This document shows, in pieces, positions 46,946 through 55,914 of a stretch of DNA of 64,000 nucleotides; positions within the stretch are counted from its first letter, which is position 1, and each line of letters starts with the position of its first letter. Location: NCBI GenBank assembly GCA_937927915.1, contig CALGKB010000011.1, forward strand, positions 76,632 to 140,631. Reading direction: 5' to 3'. Source of the stretch: an uncultured Pseudanabaenaceae cyanobacterium. Lineage in GTDB: Bacteria; Cyanobacteriota; Cyanobacteriia; Pseudanabaenales; Pseudanabaenaceae. Made by a program: the position numbers and the translations under genes. The notes under the pieces are model-generated. The model saw only the letters and a list, made by a program, of their open reading frames with translations. It did no database searches and was not told where the DNA came from.

Positions 46946-49372
46946 TTCTGACCAGAAGTGAGCAAAAATAGCATTCTTTTCCACCACAAATAGATCAAAG
47001 GGGTCAGGACCATCTACATGGCGACTTATCACACCAAAGCCTGTCCTCAAGTTGGGTTCTTTCCAATTGAGGGGGGTAAAAAGGGGCAGGGGCGATCGTA
47101 AAAAGGCATCAAAATTAGTGGATGTATTCATGCGGTTCAGCAGAGATTGCATAACCAATTCCGCCCGATCGGAATAAATATCTTCTGTGGCTTGTAGCCA
47201 GGCGCGACGGATAAGTTCTAGTCGTTTTTGGGGATTGTACCAAGCACTGATGAGAGTTTCTGTGGCAGTGTGGGGGCGTTCAATAACTGTTTGTAATTGG
47301 TCACGGCGATCGGTAACGGCATTGACTAAAAGGGTAGTAATGGGCTGCTGTAATGCTTGTAATGACTGTAGAGCGTTAGGTTTTCCTAGCCACCAATATA
47401 AAACTGCTAAATTGCGGTCACGTTTTTGTTGTTGGTACAGGGGGGCTAAAACATTAGTCACCGATTCATAAATACCCTGCAATTGTTGTGTCCGCCAGAG
47501 GGGACTAGTGACAAAGAGAGGATGATAGAAACACTCCTGGGCAATTTCTTTAATTCCCTCTTGGTCGTTACCTTGGCGCAAAAGGGACAGACCCAAACCA
47601 AAGTGGAGGGACGGACGGTAGGGCAGTAAATTGATAGCCGCTTGAAAAGCTGTTTTTGCCCCTGACATATCCCCCTGCTTGTAGAGTAACCAGGCTAACT
47701 GTTGGTAGTTAAATTCTTGGTAGGGGTTAGCCTTAATTGCCTGGCGGAAATAATCGATCGCTAATTTCTGCTCCTTAGTGGCGAGATTTTGGTCCCGTTC
47801 ATCCCATGCCTTTAATCCCAAATTCCACCCCAGCTGAGTGGCGTAATAACTCTCCCAGGGGACTAACTCCAGCGCCCGTTGCAGTTGAGTTTGAAAGCGT
47901 TCAAAAGCAAGAATTGCCCCTGTCCTTTGATATTCCCGCAGATAGGAAAAACCCTGACTAGATAGATACCACGCCCAATCTATAGGAGTCACCCAGGCTA
48001 TACCAGCTAACAATAAACCCCATCCCCCCAGAGATACTAACCTCCGCCAGCGAGGCACAAAAATATGCTCCTTTTCCTCCCTCCAGTACAGCCAAACTGT
48101 CAAATAAATTAGCAACGTCCCACTAATAGCCAAGACATCTAATTGATAATCTAAAATAGCTACAGCTAAATAACCCACCAGAGCGATCGTTATACCCTCC
48201 CGCCGTAGATTAGCCCCATTACTCTGCGATCGTGCCAATAAAAACAACCACCATAGGGTAGCTAAAACCCCAACTATGCCCAATTCTGCCCAAATTTGTA
48301 GGGGCGTACTATGCAGTTGTACATCCATTTCTAAACGATCGAGTCCCCATTGGGGTCGGAATTTTTGATAGAGCAAAGGCACTGCCCCCAAACCCGCTCC
48401 TAGTAGCCAATGGGATTTCCCCATCTCCCAGCCCACCGTGTTAGTAATCGATCGGTAAAACAATTCCTCATGCTTGCCCTGGGGGAGAGCAAAAACAAAC
48501 TCCCGTAAGTAACTATTAGCTATAATAAAACCTAACAGAAAGATAGCGGCTCCCAGAATAGCCCCAACAGTCAGACGCGATCGTTTACCTAAGTAGAAGA
48601 GAAAAGCACATAGGATGACTGCCAAACCTACTAAACCCACATAGGAACTGGTACTAAACAAAGTTAGCAGCCCCAAGACAAATCCCAGTATACCCACCTT
48701 CTGCCAAAAACCCTTTTCTGCCAGTGCTAAAGTAAAAAGGAGGGGCAAAGCTAAAACCACATAACCAGCAACATAATTACTATCACCAGCGGGTAAGGTA
48801 TTGTGTAAATTGGCAGTAAAGGGATGAAAGAAACTCTGTACCCCCTCTCTTTTTAAGGCTTGTATATGCTGCCATTGGGGTAGCAATTTTTGGGTCAGCC
48901 AGAGGGTCAAACTCTCCCCCATATAAATTGTCTGCAGTAATGCCTGGAACCTCAAAAGACCAAGGGGATTTTGACTAATCTTTAGGTGCTGCCACAGGGC
49001 ATAAGCACTAGTAATAAAGGCAAGAGCAATACCCCCCTGCCACACCGCCTGGGGTTTGAATTGGGCAAACAGACAATTGAGAAACAAAATAGCAATGACA
49101 AATAAAACCCAGCGATCGAGACCATGACCTAACAGGTAAAAGGGTCGCCCCTGGGGGTACAAACGCAGGAGAAATAAAACTATCATTAACACTAGCCCTC
49201 CCTGCCAAAAAATCACAAAGGGATAGGCACTCATATGGGGAGTGAGCACTAAATTCTGCCAATAAATATCAGGGGTAAGTGTGACAAAAACATAGAGAAG
49301 CAGGGCAAAAAAGCTGAGGATTTTTCCAGATAACATACTTGCAAACAGCGACCCTACAGTTAAAGTTAGCAT
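46934..49372 (-). CDS. O-antigen ligase/Wzy-like polytopic membrane protein with a C-terminal TPR region
   Basis: 812 aa. About 12 or more TM helices with a periplasmic-loop H-containing block (VQLHSTPLQIWAELG). The C-terminal ~330 aa contain TPR-like repeats (AIDYFRQAIKANP.., AKTAFQAAINLLP). Confidence 0.7.
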   Translation of the reverse strand: MLTLTVGSLFASMLSGKILSFFALLLYVFVTLTPDIYWQNLVLTPHMSAYPFVIFWQGGLVLMIVLFLLRLYPQGRPFYLLGHGLDRWVLFVIAILFLNCLFAQFKPQAVWQGGIALAFITSAYALWQHLKISQNPLGLLRFQALLQTIYMGESLTLWLTQKLLPQWQHIQALKREGVQSFFHPFTANLHNTLPAGDSNYVAGYVVLALPLLFTLALAEKGFWQKVGILGFVLGLLTLFSTSSYVGLVGLAVILCAFLFYLGKRSRLTVGAILGAAIFLLGFIIANSYLREFVFALPQGKHEELFYRSITNTVGWEMGKSHWLLGAGLGAVPLLYQKFRPQWGLDRLEMDVQLHSTPLQIWAELGIVGVLATLWWLFLLARSQSNGANLRREGITIALVGYLAVAILDYQLDVLAISGTLLIYLTVWLYWREEKEHIFVPRWRRLVSLGGWGLLLAGIAWVTPIDWAWYLSSQGFSYLREYQRTGAILAFERFQTQLQRALELVPWESYYATQLGWNLGLKAWDERDQNLATKEQKLAIDYFRQAIKANPYQEFNYQQLAWLLYKQGDMSGAKTAFQAAINLLPYRPSLHFGLGLSLLRQGNDQEGIKEIAQECFYHPLFVTSPLWRTQQLQGIYESVTNVLAPLYQQQKRDRNLAVLYWWLGKPNALQSLQALQQPITTLLVNAVTDRRDQLQTVIERPHTATETLISAWYNPQKRLELIRRAWLQATEDIYSDRAELVMQSLLNRMNTSTNFDAFLRSPLPLFTPLNWKEPNLRTGFGVISRHVDGPDPFDLFVVEKNAIFAHFWSELFR

Positions 49373-49442
49373 TTTTTCTTAACCAGGGATAACAAACACG
49401 CCGCCCCTGTGTATAATCAACCTAGACTCCTAAGTTGGGTGT

Positions 49443-49694
49443 ATGTCCAAGCTGCAATTTTTGCTCGTTTCTACCATCATTACCTCAGCCTTACTGCTCC
49501 TGATCGGGGGCAGAGATAGCCACACCTTCATTCCCATTTCTATCTTGGTTGCCCTTTCTTACCTCACCAATCGCTTTATCCCTGAACCCCTGTGGGAACA
49601 GTTTGCCCGTTGGGTTAATCGCACCACCAATCGCTCGCTCCTGAAGACGAAGATGAAACGCTTACCCCCTTCCCGTCTACGGCGGTTGCGCTAA
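49443..49694 (+). CDS. hypothetical small membrane protein
   Basis: 83 aa. Two predicted TM helices and a basic tail. The stop overlaps the next start (TAATG). Confidence 0.4.
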   Translation: MSKLQFLLVSTIITSALLLLIGGRDSHTFIPISILVALSYLTNRFIPEPLWEQFARWVNRTTNRSLLKTKMKRLPPSRLRRLR

Positions 49695-50659
49695 TGCTGG
49701 GAGTGGGGATCGTCGGTACAGGCTTTGTTGCCAATTTGCGGGGAGAACTCTTCAGCCAATATCCAGAGGTAAAAATCCTGGGTTATGCGGGTACTCCCCA
49801 CCGTTTAGCAGAATTGGGGGCTAAGTTTAATTGCCCGGTTTTTCCTGACCCCCAAGATTTAATTCACCAAACAGGAATTGACCTCGTTGTAGTTGCCAAT
49901 ACTAATAGCGACCATTACCCCATAGCCAAGCTCGCTCTGACAGCGGGGAAAAATGTGGTAGTAGAATATCCCCCTGCCCTCACTTACCAAGAGGGAGTAG
50001 AGTTATATGAGCTAGCCCAAAAACACAATAAACTATTGCACATTGAACATATCGAATTGTTGGGGGGTATCCACCAAGCTATGGTCGCCCATTTGCCCCA
50101 GATTGGTGAGGTCTTGTTTGCCCGCTATGTCACCACATCCCCCCAGCGCCCTGCCCCTGCCAAGTGGACTTATTGCCCCGATCGCTATGGCTTTCCCCTG
50201 GTAGGTGCTCTGTCCCGTTTGCATAGATTTACAGCGGTTTGGGGAGAGGTGGCGAGGGTAAGTTGCCAGGTGCGTTACCGCGGGGAACATTTGCCCCAAC
50301 GATACAGCTATTGTTATTGCGATGCCCAGTTATTTTTCCGCCATGGCCCGATCGTGCAGGTACATTACAGCAAGGGGGAATACTGTTGGCAGGCAGAACG
50401 GAGCCTAGAAATTCAAGGGGAGAGGGGGGGGCTATTTTTCCAGGGAGACAGTGGCAAATTGGTGGCTGCTGAGGGGGAGAGAGTTTTGACCGTCGGTCCC
50501 AGTCGTGGTCTCTTTGCCCTGGATACGCAACAGGTAGTCGCCCATCTCCTCGCAGGTAAACCCCTCTATGTGCAGCCCTCCAGTTCTCTGTATGCTTTGC
50601 AGGTGGCGACAGCTTGTCAGCGGGCGGCTGAGACTGACAAAATAATTGATTTGGTATAG
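49694..50659 (+). CDS. bvdR: Gfo/Idh/MocA-fold oxidoreductase, biliverdin reductase-like
   Basis: 321 aa. N-terminal GIVGTGFVA Rossmann; VVEYPPALTY and LLHIEHIELLGG blocks resemble the BVR-A family (human VEYP.../HEEHVELL). Confidence 0.5.
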   Translation: MLGVGIVGTGFVANLRGELFSQYPEVKILGYAGTPHRLAELGAKFNCPVFPDPQDLIHQTGIDLVVVANTNSDHYPIAKLALTAGKNVVVEYPPALTYQEGVELYELAQKHNKLLHIEHIELLGGIHQAMVAHLPQIGEVLFARYVTTSPQRPAPAKWTYCPDRYGFPLVGALSRLHRFTAVWGEVARVSCQVRYRGEHLPQRYSYCYCDAQLFFRHGPIVQVHYSKGEYCWQAERSLEIQGERGGLFFQGDSGKLVAAEGERVLTVGPSRGLFALDTQQVVAHLLAGKPLYVQPSSSLYALQVATACQRAAETDKIIDLV

Positions 50660-50684
50660 ACTGAAAAAGACTTGAGGAGAGGCT

Positions 50685-51233
50685 ATGAAGTTAGACGAAA
50701 TTGAAGCGCGGATGCAAAAGTGTATTGAAGCGACTCAGAGCAATTTTAATACGGTGCGCACAGGACGGGCTAATGCTGCTCTACTCGATCGGATCATGGT
50801 GGAATACTACGGCACGCCCACACCCCTGAAGTCCCTAGCTAGTATCAATACCCCCGATGCTACCACGCTGTTAATTCAACCTTTCGATCGCAGCACTCTC
50901 AACGCCATTGAACGGGCAATCAGTGAATCAGATTTGGGGCTGCCCCCCAACAACGACGGACACAGTATTCGTCTGAACATTCCCCCCCTCACCGCCGAAC
51001 GACGGAAAGAGCTGGCAAAGATGGTGGGGAAATTGGCAGAGGAAGGTAAGGTGGCAATCCGCAATGTGCGCCGCGACGCCATGGACATGGTGAAAAAAGA
51101 AGAAAAAAACAAGACAATCTCGGAAGACGAGGCGAAAAAGTTACAGGAACAGGTAGAAAAACTGACGGAGAAATACATTAAAAAGTTGGAACAAATCCAA
51201 GCGGACAAAGAGAAAGAAATTTCCAGTATCTAA
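50685..51233 (+). CDS. frr: ribosome recycling factor
   Basis: 182 aa. [33 protein letters not shown]. Confidence 0.95.
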   Translation: MKLDEIEARMQKCIEATQSNFNTVRTGRANAALLDRIMVEYYGTPTPLKSLASINTPDATTLLIQPFDRSTLNAIERAISESDLGLPPNNDGHSIRLNIPPLTAERRKELAKMVGKLAEEGKVAIRNVRRDAMDMVKKEEKNKTISEDEAKKLQEQVEKLTEKYIKKLEQIQADKEKEISSI

Positions 51234-52240
51234 AAGGGCGGGGGTTGCTGTAATTCTAACTGCTTGCCCGTGCGGGGATGAATTAAACGTAACTCACTGG
51301 CGTGGAGGTAGAGGCGGGGGGCATTTCCCTGATCACCGTAGAGGGTGTCGCCCAGAATGGGACAGCCAAAGTAGGCTAGGCAGTGTACCCGCAGTTGATG
51401 GGTGCGTCCTGTGTGGGGGATCAGCAACAGACGGCTAGGCATTCCCCGATCGATTACCCGAAAGGTGGTACGACTCCTTTTGCCTGTGGGCACTACGCCA
51501 TAGCGAGGGGGGGCAAGCCTACCAATGGGTAAATCAATCTCTCCTGTCGTTGCCGCCATCTCTTTCGGTAGAAGGGCTGTATAGATTTTAGTAACCTGAG
51601 CGTGCCAATGTTTTGTCAGGTAGTGTTGGGCGTGTTTATCCAGGGCAAATAACAAAAGACCAGAGGTGGCTTGGTCCAAACGATGGACAAGATGGATATG
51701 TTCTGTTCTCAGTTGTCGTTGCAGACGCGTAAGGGCGCTATCCACACAGTGGAGACCAGGGACAGATAAAAGCCCAGGGGGCTTGTTCACTACCACCAAG
51801 TCCTCATCTTGATAGACAATCTCTATTGCCAACGCAGGAGACAAAAGATAGTCCTGCAGCAGTTTTCTCTGTTGTTCTGCCACTGCCTGCCGATATGCCT
51901 GGCGCAGTTTGTGTATTTCTTGCTCGATCGTTTTGATCTCTGCTGCTAGAGGTTGCAACAGTTTTTGCCAGTGCCGCCGTAGGTCTCGCCTTGCTAACTT
52001 TTCTGCCCGACTGAGCCGATCGAGGTATGCCAGTGCCTCTGTGTTACCCTCCTGTTGTAGGACTTGTCGCAGTCTCTGCCGCTCCTGTTTTTGTTGTTTC
52101 TGTCGCGCCAGTAGGGCTTGGTACTCCTGTTCAAATTCTGACAAGAGGCGGCTGTACTCCTGACGAACAGGAGAGGTGACCAATTCTTTAATACGGCGTT
52201 TAATTTGTGTGAGTTGGGCATAGATGGTTTTATCCACCAT
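51230..52240 (-). CDS. RluA-family pseudouridine synthase with an N-terminal coiled-coil extension
   Basis: 336 aa. Catalytic [11 protein letters not shown] and the RluA core lie in residues ~135-336. The first ~130 aa are Q/R/E/L-rich heptad-like sequence, not an S4 domain. Confidence 0.8.
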   Translation of the reverse strand: MVDKTIYAQLTQIKRRIKELVTSPVRQEYSRLLSEFEQEYQALLARQKQQKQERQRLRQVLQQEGNTEALAYLDRLSRAEKLARRDLRRHWQKLLQPLAAEIKTIEQEIHKLRQAYRQAVAEQQRKLLQDYLLSPALAIEIVYQDEDLVVVNKPPGLLSVPGLHCVDSALTRLQRQLRTEHIHLVHRLDQATSGLLLFALDKHAQHYLTKHWHAQVTKIYTALLPKEMAATTGEIDLPIGRLAPPRYGVVPTGKRSRTTFRVIDRGMPSRLLLIPHTGRTHQLRVHCLAYFGCPILGDTLYGDQGNAPRLYLHASELRLIHPRTGKQLELQQPPPF

Positions 52241-53468
52241 TTAATTTCTGTAGAGCCATTGCGGCACAGTAACTTAAATCCCAAAGGGGGGAATGGCGAT
52301 ATTTCTCCAGTTCGGGTATTGCCCGTTTGTCCCCTAATTCTCCTAAACTAATGGCAGCCCCCGCGCGAGATTTTTGAAACTGCGGTTGCTTGTTGTGTAG
52401 AGCTTCTATTAAAATATCATAGCCAGGTTGATACTGTAACCAGCCTATTAATTTCACCACGTGGTAGTGGGCGCCATAGTCACTGCGGGCTTCCCCCGCA
52501 TAAAATTCCTGTACTAAACGTGCCCCCGCCACAGCCCCGTAGTTTTGCAAAATAGTGAGAGTAGCCAAATAACACTTGCCAAAATCTGTATCGTAGAGGT
52601 CTTGAATTAAGCGATCGAGGCTTGGCAATTCATTGTATTTGTGCAGTAGTTTTAAGGTGGAGGGATGGTCAATTAAACATTGTTCTAAGTAGGATTGATA
52701 CTGTTCCTTTGGGAGAGCATTAGCCTCCGCTAAAAGTTTGATCCCCCGCACCCGAAAGACGAGGGAAACAGGGGCACAGGCAATGAGAGGAATCGCGGCT
52801 GTATATTGGGCATCTATGATGTCTTGAATTGCCATCCGCCGCACCATGGGGTTACTGTGCCACATCCAATCAATGACGCGGTTAAAATGGGTGAAATTCC
52901 CTTCTAAAACTGCCAAAGCACTGAGAGCAGCACTGGCAACCCCTGGGTCACTGTGGTCGACAAATTGTCTGATTTGGGGCACTGCCTGGCGATAACCCAA
53001 CTTACGTAATGTCTGTATAATCACCCTGTGGGACTGCTCTTCTTCTGTCAACAAAGCGGCAATTCTCGCTAAAATTTGCTCCTCCTGGACATGCAGTTCT
53101 CCCAATGCCCACACACAGTTTTCCACTAGGTAACGGTCTTTTTCCGCCAAACACTCCACCAACAGGGGAATTGCCTCTTTTGCCTGCAGTCTGCCTAAAC
53201 TTTCCGCTGCCTTCCTGCGCACAATGCGATTGTCTAAATCTTCCTCTTTTCTAGCTACCGCCCGCATCAACGCCGATCGCGACTCTGGGGTATTGAAATT
53301 CACGAGGTGGGCAGCTGCTATGTATCTGACATCTTCTCCCTCTAAGGCATGGCTGGGTTTGTCCAACAGCGCGATCGCTTCTGCTTCTGTCATGTCGTAG
53401 ATGCGTAAAAAACGATTGTTCATCCGTTGTGCTGCAATTCCCTGTTTGGCATAATCATAAGCTATCAC
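52230..53468 (-). CDS. HEAT-repeat (PBS-lyase HEAT-like) protein
   Basis: 412 aa. Repeated ~30-aa units with the (D/N)xxVRxxAaxALGxL pattern. Confidence 0.65.
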   Translation of the reverse strand: MIAYDYAKQGIAAQRMNNRFLRIYDMTEAEAIALLDKPSHALEGEDVRYIAAAHLVNFNTPESRSALMRAVARKEEDLDNRIVRRKAAESLGRLQAKEAIPLLVECLAEKDRYLVENCVWALGELHVQEEQILARIAALLTEEEQSHRVIIQTLRKLGYRQAVPQIRQFVDHSDPGVASAALSALAVLEGNFTHFNRVIDWMWHSNPMVRRMAIQDIIDAQYTAAIPLIACAPVSLVFRVRGIKLLAEANALPKEQYQSYLEQCLIDHPSTLKLLHKYNELPSLDRLIQDLYDTDFGKCYLATLTILQNYGAVAGARLVQEFYAGEARSDYGAHYHVVKLIGWLQYQPGYDILIEALHNKQPQFQKSRAGAAISLGELGDKRAIPELEKYRHSPLWDLSYCAAMALQKLNGG

Positions 53469-54985
53469 AGATAGATAAAAGGTGGCGTAAACTCTCCTGT
53501 AGCCATGCGTTGAAATGCTTGGGGTAGTGTCTCAATGACATCGAGGGGGCGGAGGCTTTCTGTGTGTTTTTCTGCCGCTGCTATTTCCCCCGCCAAACCA
53601 TGCACAAATACTCCTATCTGCAGTGCCTCTAGTGGTGCTAGCCCCTTCCCCAAGAGAGCTGCCAGGATACCCGCCAGGACATCCCCCATACCCCCCTTTG
53701 CCATTGCCGCAGTCCCCCGCGTGGAGAGATAGACCTGCCCCTGGGGCGTAGCGATCGCTGTGCGGGAGGATTTGAGGACGATATAACAACCCCACTGCTG
53801 GGCAAATTGCTGGGCAACGTCAGTTAAATTTTCGTTAATTTCTCCTGGCGGCAAGCCCGTCAATCGGTGGCATTCCCCCACATGGGGTGTGAGGACGGTT
53901 ACCCCTGGGCGCTCCCTGAGGAGGTCAACCCCCGCATCTGCTAAATTGTTGAGGGCATCAGCGTCCAACACCAAGGGCACGGCAATCTGGCGCATTAACT
54001 CTTCCACAATCCTCTGCCCCTCTGGGTAGCGGTCCATACCCATTCCCGCTGCTACTGCTGTAAATTTGTCCTGCCTTGCCAGAATTTCCCCACTAGCTTC
54101 TGCTGCTAACCTCTCCTCCCCTGCCAAGGGTACACTCATCTCCTCTAGGAGTACTGTTTCCACAATTTGGTTGAGACCCCTGGGCACCCCCACAGTGACT
54201 AAGCCCGCCCCCGCACGAGTACTAGCTTTGGCTGCCATCATCACCGCCCCCGTTTTGCCCACACTGCCCCCCACCAGCAGGACATGACCCATCTTGCCCT
54301 TGTGCACATCCACTGCCCTGGGAGGGAGGTTAACGGAGAGTAAAACTTGCCGCTGAATGTCCTTTGCCAAGGCGGGAGGAATACCTATGTCCGCCACGTA
54401 CAGTTTGCCGCACTGTTTTGCCGCTGGATGGAGGAGATGACAGAGTTTAGGGAACTGCAATGTCACTGTCACCCTAGCACTGACAGCGGGGACCACTTCC
54501 CTGCCACTATCTGCCACTAGCCCTGATGGAATATCCACACTGACGATTGGTATCCCTGCCCCTTGCATCCGCTCGATCCAAGCCTGCCCTGCCCCCCGTG
54601 GCGGTGGCGTAAATCCTGTACCAAACAGAGCATCCACCAACAAGTCATAGCCTTTTGTATCGACAGAGGTAAGGGGAAACAAGCCCAAGTTACGCAAAAT
54701 TTGATATTGAATTTGGGCATCCCCCTTGAGGTCTTCTCCTAAAGGGAGGACATAATCCACTTGGTACCCCAAAAGATATAGTTGTCGGACAATGGCTAGG
54801 CCGTCCCCTCCATTGTTGCCCTTCCCTGCTACTACTAAAACCCGCTGTCCTCTGCCAAACTCCCGCCCGATCGCTGTCACCACCCCCAGGGCAGCTCTTT
54901 CCATCAAAACTAATGAAGGTATGCCTATCCCCGCGATCGCTCGCTGGTCTACTGCCTGCATTTCTTGTGCTTTTAATATTTGCAT
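53465..54985 (-). CDS. nnr: bifunctional NAD(P)H-hydrate epimerase / ADP-dependent dehydratase
   Basis: 506 aa. YjeF_N half (AGKGNNGGDG) and carbohydrate-kinase half (GHVLLVGGS.., GGMGDVLAG). Confidence 0.88.
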   Translation of the reverse strand: MQILKAQEMQAVDQRAIAGIGIPSLVLMERAALGVVTAIGREFGRGQRVLVVAGKGNNGGDGLAIVRQLYLLGYQVDYVLPLGEDLKGDAQIQYQILRNLGLFPLTSVDTKGYDLLVDALFGTGFTPPPRGAGQAWIERMQGAGIPIVSVDIPSGLVADSGREVVPAVSARVTVTLQFPKLCHLLHPAAKQCGKLYVADIGIPPALAKDIQRQVLLSVNLPPRAVDVHKGKMGHVLLVGGSVGKTGAVMMAAKASTRAGAGLVTVGVPRGLNQIVETVLLEEMSVPLAGEERLAAEASGEILARQDKFTAVAAGMGMDRYPEGQRIVEELMRQIAVPLVLDADALNNLADAGVDLLRERPGVTVLTPHVGECHRLTGLPPGEINENLTDVAQQFAQQWGCYIVLKSSRTAIATPQGQVYLSTRGTAAMAKGGMGDVLAGILAALLGKGLAPLEALQIGVFVHGLAGEIAAAEKHTESLRPLDVIETLPQAFQRMATGEFTPPFIYL

Positions 54986-55015
54986 AATCCTGTGCGCCCT
55001 AGGGGGTAATTCCTA

Positions 55016-55366
55016 TCAGCCGGGGGGCCAGTGCATCGATCGCCCACCCAAAACATGAATATGTAAATGGTAAACAGTCTGTCCTCCCTGTGGCCCACAG
55101 TTAATCACCAACCGATAGCCCTGGTCCAAGTTTTCCTGTTTGGCGACTTTGGCTGCCACCAGTAATAGGTGACCAAGGAGACTTTGGTCTGCCGCTGTGG
55201 CATCAGCGATGGTGGGGATAACTTGTTTGGGAATCACCAAGATGTGCACCGGTGCCTGGGGGTTTATATCCCGAAATGCCAGGGCTAAATCATCTTCATA
55301 GACGATCGTGGCGGGAATCTCGCGGCGGATAATCTTGCTAAAAACTGTCTCAGAACCGTTAGTCAT
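55016..55366 (-). CDS. HIT-family nucleotide hydrolase
   Basis: 116 aa. Histidine triad [10 protein letters not shown]-terminus [11 protein letters not shown]. Confidence 0.9.
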   Translation of the reverse strand: MTNGSETVFSKIIRREIPATIVYEDDLALAFRDINPQAPVHILVIPKQVIPTIADATAADQSLLGHLLLVAAKVAKQENLDQGYRLVINCGPQGGQTVYHLHIHVLGGRSMHWPPG

Positions 55367-55533
55367 GGTTAGTTCCCTGTTGTACTTAGCTAGTTTTATA
55401 GGAATTTGCCCGCCAAAGCAAGACCTTAAAAAGTTTTCTGGTTTTTGTAGAGGAAATGTAGTGACAAATTAGGAAATAGATGAGTAAAATAGCCATTAGT
55501 TCCACTGACAACTGTAGGGATATAGGTAAAGAA

Positions 55534-55914
55534 ATGGTAAAACAAGTTGCACTCACGGGAGAAGCACTCCTTAAGAAAGTTAAAGAATTGGACCACCTGA
55601 GCGAGAAGGAAAAGGCGAAAGCCTGTGGGTATATTACTGTTACCCGCGATGGCAAGAACCGCGTCAATATGATGAAGTTCCTCAACAACTTGAACGCCGC
55701 TGTGTTTGAGTCGGAGGGTCTCAGTCGTGGTAAGCATTCTGGGCGGGGGGGCAGGAGTGCCAGCTATCGTGTCAGTGTGCAGAAAAATGGCAACCTCCTG
55801 ATTGGTTCTACCTATACGCAAATGATGGGTCTGCAACCGGGGGATGAATTAGAAATTCGCCTGGGACGGAAACATATTCACCTGCGCCCCGTTAACTCCT
55901 CCCTGGAGGAATAA
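55534..55914 (+). CDS. cyanobacterial AbrB-type transcriptional regulator (cyAbrB)
   Basis: I prefer the ATG at 55534 (MVKQVALTGEALL..) because it has an AGGTAAAGAA Shine-Dalgarno region. C-terminal SpoVT/AbrB-like fold: NLLIGSTYTQMMGLQPGDELEIRLGRKHIHLRPV. Confidence 0.75.
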   Translation: MVKQVALTGEALLKKVKELDHLSEKEKAKACGYITVTRDGKNRVNMMKFLNNLNAAVFESEGLSRGKHSGRGGRSASYRVSVQKNGNLLIGSTYTQMMGLQPGDELEIRLGRKHIHLRPVNSSLEE

